The position numbers were made by a program, and so were the translations under genes. A DNA stretch of 64,000 bases from an uncultured delta proteobacterium (GTDB taxonomy: Bacteria > Desulfobacterota > Binatia > UBA9968). The DNA lies in contig CAVSHR010000011.1 in NCBI GenBank assembly GCA_963727625.1, positions 256,001-320,000 of the forward strand, given 5' to 3'. Below the pieces are notes generated by a model that had not been told where the DNA came from, did not search any database, and saw only the letters and a program-made list of their open reading frames with translations. This document shows positions 9,966-20,009 of the stretch, piece after piece (position 1 is the stretch's first letter; each line of letters opens with the position of its first letter).

Positions 9966-11205
9966 GTGCGCGTCAAGCGCGCACACATGAAAAACATGTC
10001 CACTGACGGTTCTCGAAGGGAGCAAATCGGAGTCGGCGGTTGTCGCATTACACCGCGAGCTAAAGAACTGGTCATGGCGGTTCTGGATAGCAATCGATTG
10101 ACCGCAGGTCCCATGATGGCGAAGTTTGAAAACGAAATGGCGGCAATTCACGGATGTCGCTTCGCCTGATGTCCAACAGCGGGACGAGCGCATTGCAGAT
10201 CGCGTTGGCGGCATTGAAAGAGGTGTACTGCTGGCAAGACGGCGATGAAGTCATCGTTCCGGCGCTGACCTTTGTCGCGACCTCCAACGTGGTGATGTAC
10301 AACGGCCTCAAACCCGTGTTCGTCGATATCGAGCCGCAATATTACACTCTCGATCCGGCCAAGATCGAGGCGAGAATTACCGCTCGGACTCGCGCGATCA
10401 TACCGGTCCACATTGCCGGCCTACCCTGTGATATGGATCCGATCGGTGCGATCGCCCGCAAGCACGACCTCAAAATCATCGAGGATTCTTGTGAGACGAT
10501 GTTTGCCCGCTACAAAAAACGACCGGTTGGATCGTTCGGCGAGATCGGATGCTTCTCGACTTATGCCGCTCATGTGATCGCTACGGGCGTCGGCGGCGTC
10601 TGTACGACTAATGACGCCGAATTGATGGTCATCCTGAAGAGCTTGATGAATCACGGCAGGGACTCCATCTACATTCGAATGGATGACGACGCGGCGCGCA
10701 AGGCGATGATCTGTTTCAGATCGCCAACGCGCGCTTCTCGTTTACCCGGCTCGGCCACAGTTTCCGCTGCACCGAAATGGAGGCAGCGCTGGGAATCGCG
10801 CAACTCGAGGAACGCGAGGAACTGTGCCGCCGTCGGCAGGAAATTGCTGCGTGCTTCAACGACCGCCTGGCCGAGTTCGAGGACGAATTGCAATTGCCCA
10901 GGGCCCGTCCGGAATCGGAGCATGACTATATGTTCTACCCGCTGGTGTTGCGAAGTTCGCGGGTGCGAAGAAGGGACTTGATCCTTTACCTCGAAGAAAA
11001 CAGGATCGAAACTCGTTATCTACTTCCGCTGATCAACCAACCGATTTATCAAAAACTATTCGGCGTGCTGGATCAAAACTATCCCGTGGCGGCGCGACTC
11101 AATGAGAACGCATTCTATATCGGCTGCCATCCGGAGATGACGGACGATGACGTGGATTATGTTGTGGACCGGTTTGGCGAGTTTTTTAGAGGCGCGCGAT
11201 CGTGA
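9966..11205 (+). CDS. DegT/DnrJ/EryC1/StrS family PLP-dependent sugar aminotransferase, split by two frameshifts (~10165, ~10700)
   Basis: RBS AGGAGG. LTAGPMMAKFE / NSGTSALQIAL, DEVIVPALTFVAT, IIEDSCE, then EMEAALGIAQL...IGCHPEM across three ORF-track pieces. Confidence 0.85.
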
Positions 11206-11341
11206 ACCTTGGAAGCCGCGAGCCGAACGCGTTCGATGACCATCGGATGCCATTGATGCGGGTAAGGAAACAGTTAAAAAAATATCCGATCAAGAAGTTC
11301 ATTTGGGGATCGATGAACGCCCGGAAAGATGCGGGGTGGAA

Positions 11342-12502
11342 ATGAGGTTGGGAATCAACGGCTGGCGCATTCACGGCCAGCGAACCGGTGTGTTCCGTTA
11401 TCTTTTGAATGTAGTGAAGCATTGGACACCCGACATCACCGCGGGAAGTTTCGAAGATATCATCTTCTATGCTCCGGCGCCGATCGACAGAGATGAAATT
11501 GCCCTGCCGAAGAATATCAATGAACATGTTCTCCGCTCAGATTGGCCCATGCTCGTTTGGGAGAATCTTCGACTGGCCCCGGTGGCGAGTGACGATGTGT
11601 TGTTCTGCCCCTCTTATTCCCGCCCGCTGGCGACACGTGGAAAGACGGTCGTGACTACGCACGACGCGATTTCACAACTTTATCCTTGGCTTTTTCCCTT
11701 GTCCGTCCGGCTTTTTTATAACCAGCTCTATGGCTGGAGCGCTCGCCACGCGACCCTTGTCATTACCGACTCGGAAGCCGGGCGCCGGGATATTAACGGC
11801 TGTTGGGGAGTGCCCCTCGAGCGAATTCGTGTCGTCTATCTTGCGCCGGACGAGAGATTCAAGCCGCTGCTGGACGATCCACAGCGGAACCGGGTCCGGA
11901 GCCGGTATGTCGAGTCTGGCGCGCCGTTTTTTCTGTTCGTCGGAAAATTGTCCGGTCGCCGGAATATTCCGCTTCTTCTGGAGGCGTTCGGCGAATTTAA
12001 GCGCCGGACGTCGTTTCCGCATCAGTTGGTGATGATTGGCCTGAATATCCACGACATGAAGCTGGCGCCGTTGATCGAGCGACTGGGTCTCTCGAACGAT
12101 CTAAAGCATTGGCCCTATGTTTCTGATGACGACCTGAACTCGCTGTATAACGCTGCGGATATTTTTATCTCTCCGTCCGAGTACGAGACTGTTTCCTTGC
12201 CCGTTCTTGAAGCGCAAGCCACGGGGACGGCCGTGATCTGCATCGACACCGAGGGAATGCGGGAGATCACCGGTGCGGCGGCCCTGCTGATACCAAAGCT
12301 TAATGTCCGTGAGCTGGCCGAAGCGATGTCACGGCTGGCCGGGGACGCTGCTTTGCGCCGGCAATTGGCCGCGGACGGAATTATCAATGCTCGCCGGTTT
12401 TCCTGGCAGCGCTGTTCGGCTGAGACCCTGGCTGTGCTAAAAGAGGCCGCCACGCTCTCTTCTCCCCCTGCCCGGTCAACGGCTATAAAGGAACTACCAT
12501 GA
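11342..12502 (+). CDS. Glycosyltransferase family 4 (GT-B)
   Basis: MRLGING, VVTTHD, FLFVGK...RRN, ETVSLPVLEA. Confidence 0.9.
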   Translation: MRLGINGWRIHGQRTGVFRYLLNVVKHWTPDITAGSFEDIIFYAPAPIDRDEIALPKNINEHVLRSDWPMLVWENLRLAPVASDDVLFCPSYSRPLATRGKTVVTTHDAISQLYPWLFPLSVRLFYNQLYGWSARHATLVITDSEAGRRDINGCWGVPLERIRVVYLAPDERFKPLLDDPQRNRVRSRYVESGAPFFLFVGKLSGRRNIPLLLEAFGEFKRRTSFPHQLVMIGLNIHDMKLAPLIERLGLSNDLKHWPYVSDDDLNSLYNAADIFISPSEYETVSLPVLEAQATGTAVICIDTEGMREITGAAALLIPKLNVRELAEAMSRLAGDAALRRQLAADGIINARRFSWQRCSAETLAVLKEAATLSSPPARSTAIKELP

Positions 12503-13455
12503 CGCTTGCGGACAATCCCCAGCGGGTGCTCGTCACTGGGGGCGCGGGGTTTATTGGGTCGCACCTGGTCGAGGAATTCATTCGCCGGGGTGCTCAAGTC
12601 ACGGTCGTGGATAATCTCTCGGCCGGGCGACCGAGCAATCTCTGCGACGTTCAACATCGTATCGATTTGCGCCGTGCCGATATCGTGCGCGATGACCTCC
12701 GACCGCTACTTAAGGAGGGTGATTTTACCCTAATCTGTCACGCGGCTGCCAATGCCAGCGTGCCCGACTCGGTAGAAAAGCCGAGAAGGGATTTTGAGAA
12801 AAACGCGGTCGCGACCATAAACCTGCTCGAAGCCGCGCGAGAAACACTGCCTGACGCCAGGGTCATTCATACTTCGTCCGCATTGGTCTACGGCAATGCG
12901 CGCGCCATCGCCCTTAAGGAAGAAGATCCAACGGTTCCGTTATCGCCTTACGCCGTCAGCAAACTCGCTTCGGAGCACTACATGACCGTTTATGCGCGGT
13001 TGTACGGCCTCCGCACCGCAATACTGAGACTCTTTCCCGTGTACGGTCCGCGGCAGCGCAGACAGGTGGTCTATGATCTCATGTGCAAGCTCGCGCACAA
13101 CCCCGACGAGTTGCAGATCGAGGGCGATGGCACTCAGGAACGCGATTTCAATCATGTTGCAAACGTCGTCGATGCTTACATAACCGTCGCCAAGGGGGCC
13201 AAATTTGACGGCGAAGTTTACAACGTCGCAGCGGAAGAGACGATTACCATTGGCGCGCTTGCCCGGATGATCTGCCGGGAAATGGGTGTGACTCCGCGTT
13301 TTGAATTCGGCGAGGCTCGGGCCGGTGACACGGCGCGGCTGATCGCTGACACGAGCCGCTTGAAAAAACTTGGATTTGAATCCCGTTTAGGGTTTGCCGC
13401 AGGATTGACAGACACAGTCAACTGGTTTCGCCGGGAGATGACGGTTGCCAAGTAG
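12499..13455 (+). CDS. NAD-dependent nucleotide-sugar epimerase/dehydratase
   Basis: [19 protein letters not shown] (YxxxK), VYGPRQ, RDFNHV. Confidence 0.9.
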   Translation: MTLADNPQRVLVTGGAGFIGSHLVEEFIRRGAQVTVVDNLSAGRPSNLCDVQHRIDLRRADIVRDDLRPLLKEGDFTLICHAAANASVPDSVEKPRRDFEKNAVATINLLEAARETLPDARVIHTSSALVYGNARAIALKEEDPTVPLSPYAVSKLASEHYMTVYARLYGLRTAILRLFPVYGPRQRRQVVYDLMCKLAHNPDELQIEGDGTQERDFNHVANVVDAYITVAKGAKFDGEVYNVAAEETITIGALARMICREMGVTPRFEFGEARAGDTARLIADTSRLKKLGFESRLGFAAGLTDTVNWFRREMTVAK

Positions 13456-13568
13456 CAGCAATCAACGGCCTGCCGACCAACGCGACAGGGCATGGGGAGG
13501 TCATTCAATCGCTGTCCATGCTGCCATCACAACGCGACGCGTCGGCTGGGAAGGAAGGCGATAGGGAC

Positions 13569-14591
13569 ATGCCAAAGCGTGCGCTCATTACAGGGATCAC
13601 CGGGCAGGACGGCTCTTATTTGGCTGAATTGCTGCTCGGAAAAGGCTATGAAATTTATGGTTTGAGACGCCGGTCGAGTAGTTTCAATACCGAGAGGATC
13701 GACCATCTTATAATGGATTTCCGGCACGACCGCGATGCGCGCTTGTTCCTGGAGTATGCCGACCTGGCTGATTCTACGAGCCTGGTAAAGCTCCTTTATC
13801 GTTTGCAGCCCGACGAAATATACAATCTAGGCGCTCAGAGCCATGTCCATGTCAGCTTCGAAGTGCCTGAGTACACATGCGACATCACCGGACTAGGGGC
13901 GGTTCGGATCGCCGAAGCCGTGCGGGAAACGGGGATCAAAACGCGAGTCTATCAGGCTTCGAGCAGCGAAATGTTCGGCATTACCCCGTCTCCACAAAAT
14001 GAAAGCTCCCCCTTTCACCCGCGCAGTCCGTACGCCTGTGCCAAGGCTTTCGCACATCATATCATGGTGAACTATCGCGAGAGCTATGGAATGTTTGTTT
14101 GCAACGGCATTCTCTACAATCATGAATCTCCCCGGCGCGGAGAGAATTTTGTAACCCGTAAAATTACTCGAGCCGTCGCCAGGATCAAGCGGGGAATGCA
14201 AGAGAAGCTTTATTTGGGAAATTTGGAAGCTCGCCGGGATTGGGGCTATGCTCCCGAATATGTCGAAGCGATGTGGCGAATGCTCCAACAAGACGAACCG
14301 GGAGACTACGTGATCGCAACCGGCCAATCGCACAGCGTGCGGGAATTTGTCAGTACAGCCTTTGAATATGTCGGTCTCGACTGGAGAGAGCATGTTGAAA
14401 TTGATCCTTGTTATTACCGGCCGGCGGAGGTCGATAACTTGATGGGCGATTCCTCGAAGGCGAGTGTGATGCTGGGATGGAAGCCGGCTACGTCTTTCGA
14501 GGAATTAGTCCGTATCATGGTGGACGCCGACATGCGACTCCTCGCCGGTCAGCTGGCTCGTGGTGACTTGTACTCGAAGCCTGACAAATGA
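13569..14591 (+). CDS. gmd: GDP-mannose 4,6-dehydratase
   Basis: [56 protein letters not shown]. Confidence 0.97.
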   Translation: MPKRALITGITGQDGSYLAELLLGKGYEIYGLRRRSSSFNTERIDHLIMDFRHDRDARLFLEYADLADSTSLVKLLYRLQPDEIYNLGAQSHVHVSFEVPEYTCDITGLGAVRIAEAVRETGIKTRVYQASSSEMFGITPSPQNESSPFHPRSPYACAKAFAHHIMVNYRESYGMFVCNGILYNHESPRRGENFVTRKITRAVARIKRGMQEKLYLGNLEARRDWGYAPEYVEAMWRMLQQDEPGDYVIATGQSHSVREFVSTAFEYVGLDWREHVEIDPCYYRPAEVDNLMGDSSKASVMLGWKPATSFEELVRIMVDADMRLLAGQLARGDLYSKPDK

Positions 14592-14621
14592 GTTGCGGGG
14601 GAAGGGTCAGTGATTCGTTAA

Positions 14622-16100
14622 ATGGCCGCATCGGCAGGCGATCGAAACTCCCGCCATTTACGCGGTTTCGCGATGCTGGCAGGCGGGCAAGCCTTGGCAC
14701 GGGGCATGACTTTCCTCGGAGTGAGCTATCTGACGCGAGCTTTAGGCATCGAGATGTTCGGTGTGATCGGGCTCGCCACCGCGGTCGTGGCCTGTTTCTT
14801 GTTGGTGGTCGATGCCGGGTTGGACCTGATCGCCATGCGGGTCGTGTCCCGGCGAGAAGATTCGGTCGATAGCGTCGCCTCTCGCGTTATTCTATCGCGC
14901 TTAGGTCTCGCCGCAGTCGCCGCGGGGCTTCTCGGGCTCGCCGCACCGTGGATCGCTTCGTCATCGATCGGGCTGGCGGTTATGTTGGCCTACAGCCTGA
15001 CGTTCCTCTCTTTCGCGGCGAATTTGAAGTGGAGCTTCCAGGCACTCGAGCAAAATGGCTTGGTGGCGATCGCGCTGGTTCTCTCCCAAGCCGTCTACCT
15101 TTGCGGGATCTTAATCTCCGTTCACGGGCCCGACGACGTGATTAAGGTTCCCCTGGTCATTTTTGGCTCGGAGCTGACGGGCGCGGCGTTTATATTCGTC
15201 CAATTCCGCAGACAAGGCTTTCGGATCCGGCTGCCGCGCTCTTACCGCCTTTCTTGGGCTATGCTCAGAGATGCGTTTCCTCTGGCAGGGACGCTAGCGG
15301 TGAGGACGATTGGGATCAACTTCGATCTGCTCTTATTGGGTCTGGTCGATACCCCCTTGGCGGTGGGCCTCTACAGCGCGGTTTCCCGGATAATTTTTCT
15401 CATAAGAGAATTTGGCGCGCTCTACTATATACCCCTATTCCCTCAGCTTAGTTTGGCGGCGAAGGAAGCAACCGAGCGCTTTGTAACCTTGGGCCAGGCC
15501 GGAATTCGACATGCCGCCGTGATTATCTTTCCCGTTGTCATCGGGGTCTTCCTGACCGGAGCCGAACTGCTTGCCTTCGTGTTCAGCCCCGAGTATGCGT
15601 CGGCCGCGAATGTTTTATTTCTGCTCCTTGTTGCCGTAGCCTTCACCATGTTGACGGGGGTGTACCGGTATGGCCTGATTGCCTATAATCGGCAGACCAC
15701 CCTTTTCCAAATCATTACGGCCGGGGCGGCTTTTAACATCGCAATGAATCTTCTCTTGGTGCCTCGTTACTCGCTGATCGGCGCAGCCTGGAGTGCCGTG
15801 GCTTCCGAAGCCCTCATTTTTGTTCTCAGCTGGCTGGCCGTTACACGGTCAGTCCGACTATCCCCATGGCGACCGATTTGCCGGCCCGCGCTTGCAGCCG
15901 CCGGCATGGCCATCATTCTTTGGCTGATACCAACTTGGCCATTCCTGTTGAGGGTCGCCGTCGCGGTCGTAAGCTACAGCACGCTTGTCCTGTTTTCCGG
16001 CGCTGTACGTACGGGCGAACTCAGCGGATTGTGGCAGCGGGAGTCCCCTCTGGTCATTGACAACGCGGGTGATGTCAACTCAAAAGAAGGATTCCACTGA
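14622..16100 (+). CDS. wzx: Wzx-type polysaccharide flippase
   Basis: About 12-14 TM segments; YLTRALGIEMFG, VGLYSAVSR, NLLLVPRYSLIGAAW. Confidence 0.85.
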   Translation: MAASAGDRNSRHLRGFAMLAGGQALARGMTFLGVSYLTRALGIEMFGVIGLATAVVACFLLVVDAGLDLIAMRVVSRREDSVDSVASRVILSRLGLAAVAAGLLGLAAPWIASSSIGLAVMLAYSLTFLSFAANLKWSFQALEQNGLVAIALVLSQAVYLCGILISVHGPDDVIKVPLVIFGSELTGAAFIFVQFRRQGFRIRLPRSYRLSWAMLRDAFPLAGTLAVRTIGINFDLLLLGLVDTPLAVGLYSAVSRIIFLIREFGALYYIPLFPQLSLAAKEATERFVTLGQAGIRHAAVIIFPVVIGVFLTGAELLAFVFSPEYASAANVLFLLLVAVAFTMLTGVYRYGLIAYNRQTTLFQIITAGAAFNIAMNLLLVPRYSLIGAAWSAVASEALIFVLSWLAVTRSVRLSPWRPICRPALAAAGMAIILWLIPTWPFLLRVAVAVVSYSTLVLFSGAVRTGELSGLWQRESPLVIDNAGDVNSKEGFH

Positions 16101-16121
16101 GGCGGAGCAGCTCGGAATGCC

Positions 16122-17192
16122 ATGATTAGAGTCGCTCTATTAGGCTTAGGGGGAGTCGCCCAGCAAATTCATTTGCCGGCATGCGGTTTTTTGTCCGATG
16201 CCAGACTCGTAGCCGGCGCCGATCCTGACAGCGAAAAGCGAGCAAGGATTGGCCGGCGGTTTGGAATTCCCGCGCTTTACTCCGAGGCTGAAATCCTCCT
16301 TGAACGAGAGAAACCGGATGTTGTGATCGTCGCTACGCCTCCAGAGTCGCACCGCGACTTATGTTTGCTCGCGCTGCGGCATGGCGCGCACGTGTTCTGC
16401 GAGAAACCGTTCGTTGCCAGCGTCACCGAAGCGGACGAGGTCATCCAGGCCGCTGAATGCCGGCAGCGGTCGGTTGTCGTGAACAATCAGTACCGATTCA
16501 TGCCGATCTACCGCGTCACTCAGGAGCGACTCGCGAGCGGCGAGTTTGGCCGGCCCTTCCTCATCCAGTGCTGGCAGCAGATGTTTCATCGCCCGTCCAC
16601 CGAGCCGAATTGGCGGGCCGACCTGGCCCACTATACGCTATACGAATTCGGGACCCATCCACTCGATCTCATTTGCTTCTTTTTCGGGGCGCTTCCGCTC
16701 TCGATCGCCGCGCACACTCCCCGTGTCTGTGCAGATCGACAGACCGACCTCATCGTTCAAGCAACTCTGCGATTCCCGGGCGAGCGATTGGCAACCCTGC
16801 TGTTTAACCGAGTCAGCCATGCCCTTCAACGATACCTCGAGATGCGGGTGGATTGTGAGAAGGCTTCGCTTCGAGTTTCATTCGGCGGCGTAGCCCGTGC
16901 CACCGTAGAGTGGTCTGGTGTCCTCGGCCGTCCGATCACCCGGGTGAGTCTGGTAAGGGGAGGTGAAGCTCGAATCGAGGCCGCCGGGCGCTCGCGGACT
17001 ATCGCTAGAGAGCGACAAGAAGGCCGCGCCAGAGCGACAGCCATGAACCTTCAGGGGCTGGTCGATTCTATTAAAAATGGCAGCTTTTCGAACAGCCAAG
17101 CCCGCCACGCCCGTGAATTGATTCGGATTGTCTGTGCCGGATATCAGTCCGCCCAAAGCGGCCAAACGGTATGGTTTGAAGATCGTTTATGA
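16122..17192 (+). CDS. Gfo/Idh/MocA family oxidoreductase
   Basis: RVALLGLGG, VIVATPPESH, HVFCEKP, EFGTHPLD. Confidence 0.92.
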   Translation: MIRVALLGLGGVAQQIHLPACGFLSDARLVAGADPDSEKRARIGRRFGIPALYSEAEILLEREKPDVVIVATPPESHRDLCLLALRHGAHVFCEKPFVASVTEADEVIQAAECRQRSVVVNNQYRFMPIYRVTQERLASGEFGRPFLIQCWQQMFHRPSTEPNWRADLAHYTLYEFGTHPLDLICFFFGALPLSIAAHTPRVCADRQTDLIVQATLRFPGERLATLLFNRVSHALQRYLEMRVDCEKASLRVSFGGVARATVEWSGVLGRPITRVSLVRGGEARIEAAGRSRTIARERQEGRARATAMNLQGLVDSIKNGSFSNSQARHARELIRIVCAGYQSAQSGQTVWFEDRL

Positions 17193-18139
17193 ACGGAAAT
17201 CCGCAGATTTCCGTCGTCGTAGCGTCGCAGAATGCGCAGACCACCGTCGAACGATGTCTGGCTGCGCTGACAGCTCAGTCAGAAGGGGACAACGTGGAAA
17301 TCGTGGTTGTCGATAACTCGACCGACGGCACGACTGAAATTATTCGGACGCGATTCCCCCGCGTGAAACTTTTGCTCCAGCTGCCCGCCGCGCTCATTCC
17401 CGAACTCTGGGGAGTTGGCATTCGGCAAAGCGTTGGGGCAATCGTCGCGATCACGACGGCCCATTTCATTCCCGACAAAGATTGGCTCTCGCAGATTCGC
17501 AAAGCTCATGAAGCGCCGGTGCCCGCGATTGGTGGCGCCATTGAGAATGACAACCAAGCGGGGATCGTCGACTGGGCCGTCTATTTCTGTCGCTATGCTC
17601 CCTACATGCTGCCCTTCCCGCAAGGTTTTGCTTCGGAAATCGCCGGCGATAACGCTTCTTACAAGCGCGAATATCTTGATCGATGCCAGCCCGCGTGGCA
17701 GGACGGTTTTTGGGAGCCGACCGTACATGCGGAGCTCAAGAAGGCGGGGGGCCGGCTCCTTTTGGCGCCGTCCATCATCATACGCCACAAGCGATCTTTC
17801 GGTGTTTTGGCTTTCATAAAGCAGCGGTTCCAGCACGGTCTGAAATTTGGCGCGGATCGCGCCTCGCGGTTTTCACTACCGAAGAGGATCGTTTATCTGG
17901 CCCTTTCTCCCGCCATACCGCTGATTTATTTAGCTCGCATAAGCCGACAAGTCGTGCGCAAGCGGCGCCGCCTAGGCAAACTCTTGATCGCCTCCCCTTT
18001 AATGGTGTTGTTTCTTTTGTCCTGGAGCTTCGGCGAGCTGCTTGGTTATCTGCGCCCGCGTCGAGTGCGCCTGCGATCTTTGGGTACTCTGGAATCCGAA
18101 GAGCGCAGCCGTCATTTTTACAAGCCTCCCGGGAGCTGA
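17189..18139 (+). CDS. Atypical GT2-like glycosyltransferase (paralogue 3, TAH in place of DxD)
   Basis: ISVVVAS, VVVDNSTDG, AITTAHF, IGGAIEN, DWAVYFCRY, FWEPTVH. Confidence 0.8.
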   Translation: MNGNPQISVVVASQNAQTTVERCLAALTAQSEGDNVEIVVVDNSTDGTTEIIRTRFPRVKLLLQLPAALIPELWGVGIRQSVGAIVAITTAHFIPDKDWLSQIRKAHEAPVPAIGGAIENDNQAGIVDWAVYFCRYAPYMLPFPQGFASEIAGDNASYKREYLDRCQPAWQDGFWEPTVHAELKKAGGRLLLAPSIIIRHKRSFGVLAFIKQRFQHGLKFGADRASRFSLPKRIVYLALSPAIPLIYLARISRQVVRKRRRLGKLLIASPLMVLFLLSWSFGELLGYLRPRRVRLRSLGTLESEERSRHFYKPPGS

Positions 18140-18914
18140 TGCGCTCTTCGAGGGAGAGGAGACAGCGATCGGTACTCTGGCAATCCTGACCTACCATTCC
18201 TTGGACGACAGCGGTTCGGTTCTATCGACTCCACCGCGCGTTTTTGTCGAGCAAATGCGCATCTTGTCCGAGTCGCCTGTAAGAGTGATTCCGCTTCGCC
18301 AGGTCCCTGCGACTCTGCAGGGTGCAGGGACCGAGCAAGGGGTCGCGATTACCTTCGACGATGGTTTCCAGAATCTGTATCGAAACGCGCTTCCGGTCCT
18401 TGGCCGTTATAGTTTTCCGGCAACGGTTTTTTTAGTGAGCGATTTTTGTGGAAGAGATAGCGGTTGGCCCAGCCAACCGGCTGACATCGAGCGGCGCCCG
18501 CTGCTCCACTGGTCCGAAATCAAGGCGATGAGCGCCGCCGGAATCGCCTTCGGAAGCCACACGCGCACCCACGCCGACTTGACGACCGTTCCGGACGACG
18601 TTGCAGAGGAGGAGATAGCTACGTCAAAAAAAGCCATTGAGGACACGACCGGCCAGGCGGTGGACATGTTCGCGTACCCCTACGGGGCGTATAATGAAAA
18701 AGTTCGCCGGATGGCACAGAGGCATTTCGCCCTGGCATGCTCGACGAAACTCGGTTTCGCGGTGCCGGGAGACGATTGCTTCTCGCTTGAACGGATTGAA
18801 ATGTATTATCTCCGCCGCGTGAATCTATTCCGCCGGCTTTTCTCGCCGCAAACCAGAAGCTATATCGGTCTTCGCAGGGTAATCCGAGATTTCCGCAGTT
18901 GGATTTCCAGGTGA
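18042..18914 (+). CDS. Polysaccharide deacetylase (NodB domain); true start probably near 18168
   Basis: ILTYHS, ITFDDGF, ATVFL, FGSHTRTH, FAYPYG. Confidence 0.88.
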   Translation: MVICARVECACDLWVLWNPKSAAVIFTSLPGADALFEGEETAIGTLAILTYHSLDDSGSVLSTPPRVFVEQMRILSESPVRVIPLRQVPATLQGAGTEQGVAITFDDGFQNLYRNALPVLGRYSFPATVFLVSDFCGRDSGWPSQPADIERRPLLHWSEIKAMSAAGIAFGSHTRTHADLTTVPDDVAEEEIATSKKAIEDTTGQAVDMFAYPYGAYNEKVRRMAQRHFALACSTKLGFAVPGDDCFSLERIEMYYLRRVNLFRRLFSPQTRSYIGLRRVIRDFRSWISR

Positions 18915-19005
18915 CCGAACCGTCTTTGCGGTGCACCAGAACAAAAACGACTGCATTTGCGATTTTCGCCGCAGGGTCGGTGGGTGAAAGCTGTCGGATA
19001 TTGGC

Positions 19006-19935
19006 ATGGCCTTGAATGACGCGGTGCAGACCAAACCTGGGTTGCCGCGGCCGGATCTATCGGTCGTCATTCCCTCGGTGAACGGCTGGAGCGATCTTGA
19101 GGGATGCTTGCAGGCTTTGGCCTGCCAATCGGGAGCGATCGCCATCGAAGTGCTTGTGGCCGACCGGGTAGGGGAGTCGGTGCGTGGGCCTCTCCGCGAA
19201 AAGTATGCCGATGCGCGCATACTCGAGACCGTCCCGGAAATGAGCATCCCGGCGCTCCGAGCTCTGGCCTTCACCGAAGCGCGGGCGGAAATCGTCGGCG
19301 TCATTGAAGACCACGTTATCGTGGCGCCTGATTGGGCCGAGCGCATGCTTGCCGCGCATCGCGAAGGAGCTCAGGTGGTGGGAGGATCGGTTGACAATGC
19401 AGCGCGGGAGCGGCTCGTCGACTGGGCGGCATTTCTCTGCGAATACAGCCACTGCTTGGCGCCGCCGGTCGGTTCCGCGGAGTGGCTCACCGGCAATAAC
19501 GTAACCTACCGCCGGAGTTTACTTGAGCAGTTCAAAGACGTTGTTAGCCAGGAGCACTGGGAAGACCGGCTTCACGATGCCATTCGTCGCACGGGCGTTG
19601 TTCTCGAGAGCCGGCCCGACATACGGGTGGGGCACAAAAAGCACTACAAGGCTGGCGAATACCTGCACCAGCGTTATCTCTATGCTCGCTCGCACGCCGG
19701 AATGAAGGGCGCGCGCGCCGGTCAAATCCAAAGTTTGGCGTGCGGATTCGCCGCGTTGGCGCTGCCACCGCTTCTCTTATTTCGCACCGTGGCTCGGGTG
19801 TTGAGGGCCCGCCGTTACCGCACTGAGCTTATCAGAACCTTTCCGTTGTTGGCCCTGTTCGTGGTGTCGTGGGCCTTTGGTGAAGCGGTGGGATATTGGC
19901 GCGGGCCCGGCGACGCCTTGAGAAAGGTTCGTTAA
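19006..19935 (+). CDS. Atypical GT2-like glycosyltransferase (paralogue 4, EDH motif)
   Basis: LSVVIPS, GVIEDHV, VGGSVDN, DWAAFLCEY, LTGNNVTY, HWEDRLH. Confidence 0.8.
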   Translation: MALNDAVQTKPGLPRPDLSVVIPSVNGWSDLEGCLQALACQSGAIAIEVLVADRVGESVRGPLREKYADARILETVPEMSIPALRALAFTEARAEIVGVIEDHVIVAPDWAERMLAAHREGAQVVGGSVDNAARERLVDWAAFLCEYSHCLAPPVGSAEWLTGNNVTYRRSLLEQFKDVVSQEHWEDRLHDAIRRTGVVLESRPDIRVGHKKHYKAGEYLHQRYLYARSHAGMKGARAGQIQSLACGFAALALPPLLLFRTVARVLRARRYRTELIRTFPLLALFVVSWAFGEAVGYWRGPGDALRKVR

Positions 19936-20009
19936 GGCGGCGGAGCCTCCAACTCTTTTATTTTACGGCTTGTGGCGCCATACCTGCAGGTGACGGGTGG
20001 AAATTAAAT

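Noticed and set aside
10160-10172. Selenocysteine or stop readthrough at the TGA in DegT
   Set aside because: The continuation is in a different frame, so it is an indel rather than readthrough.
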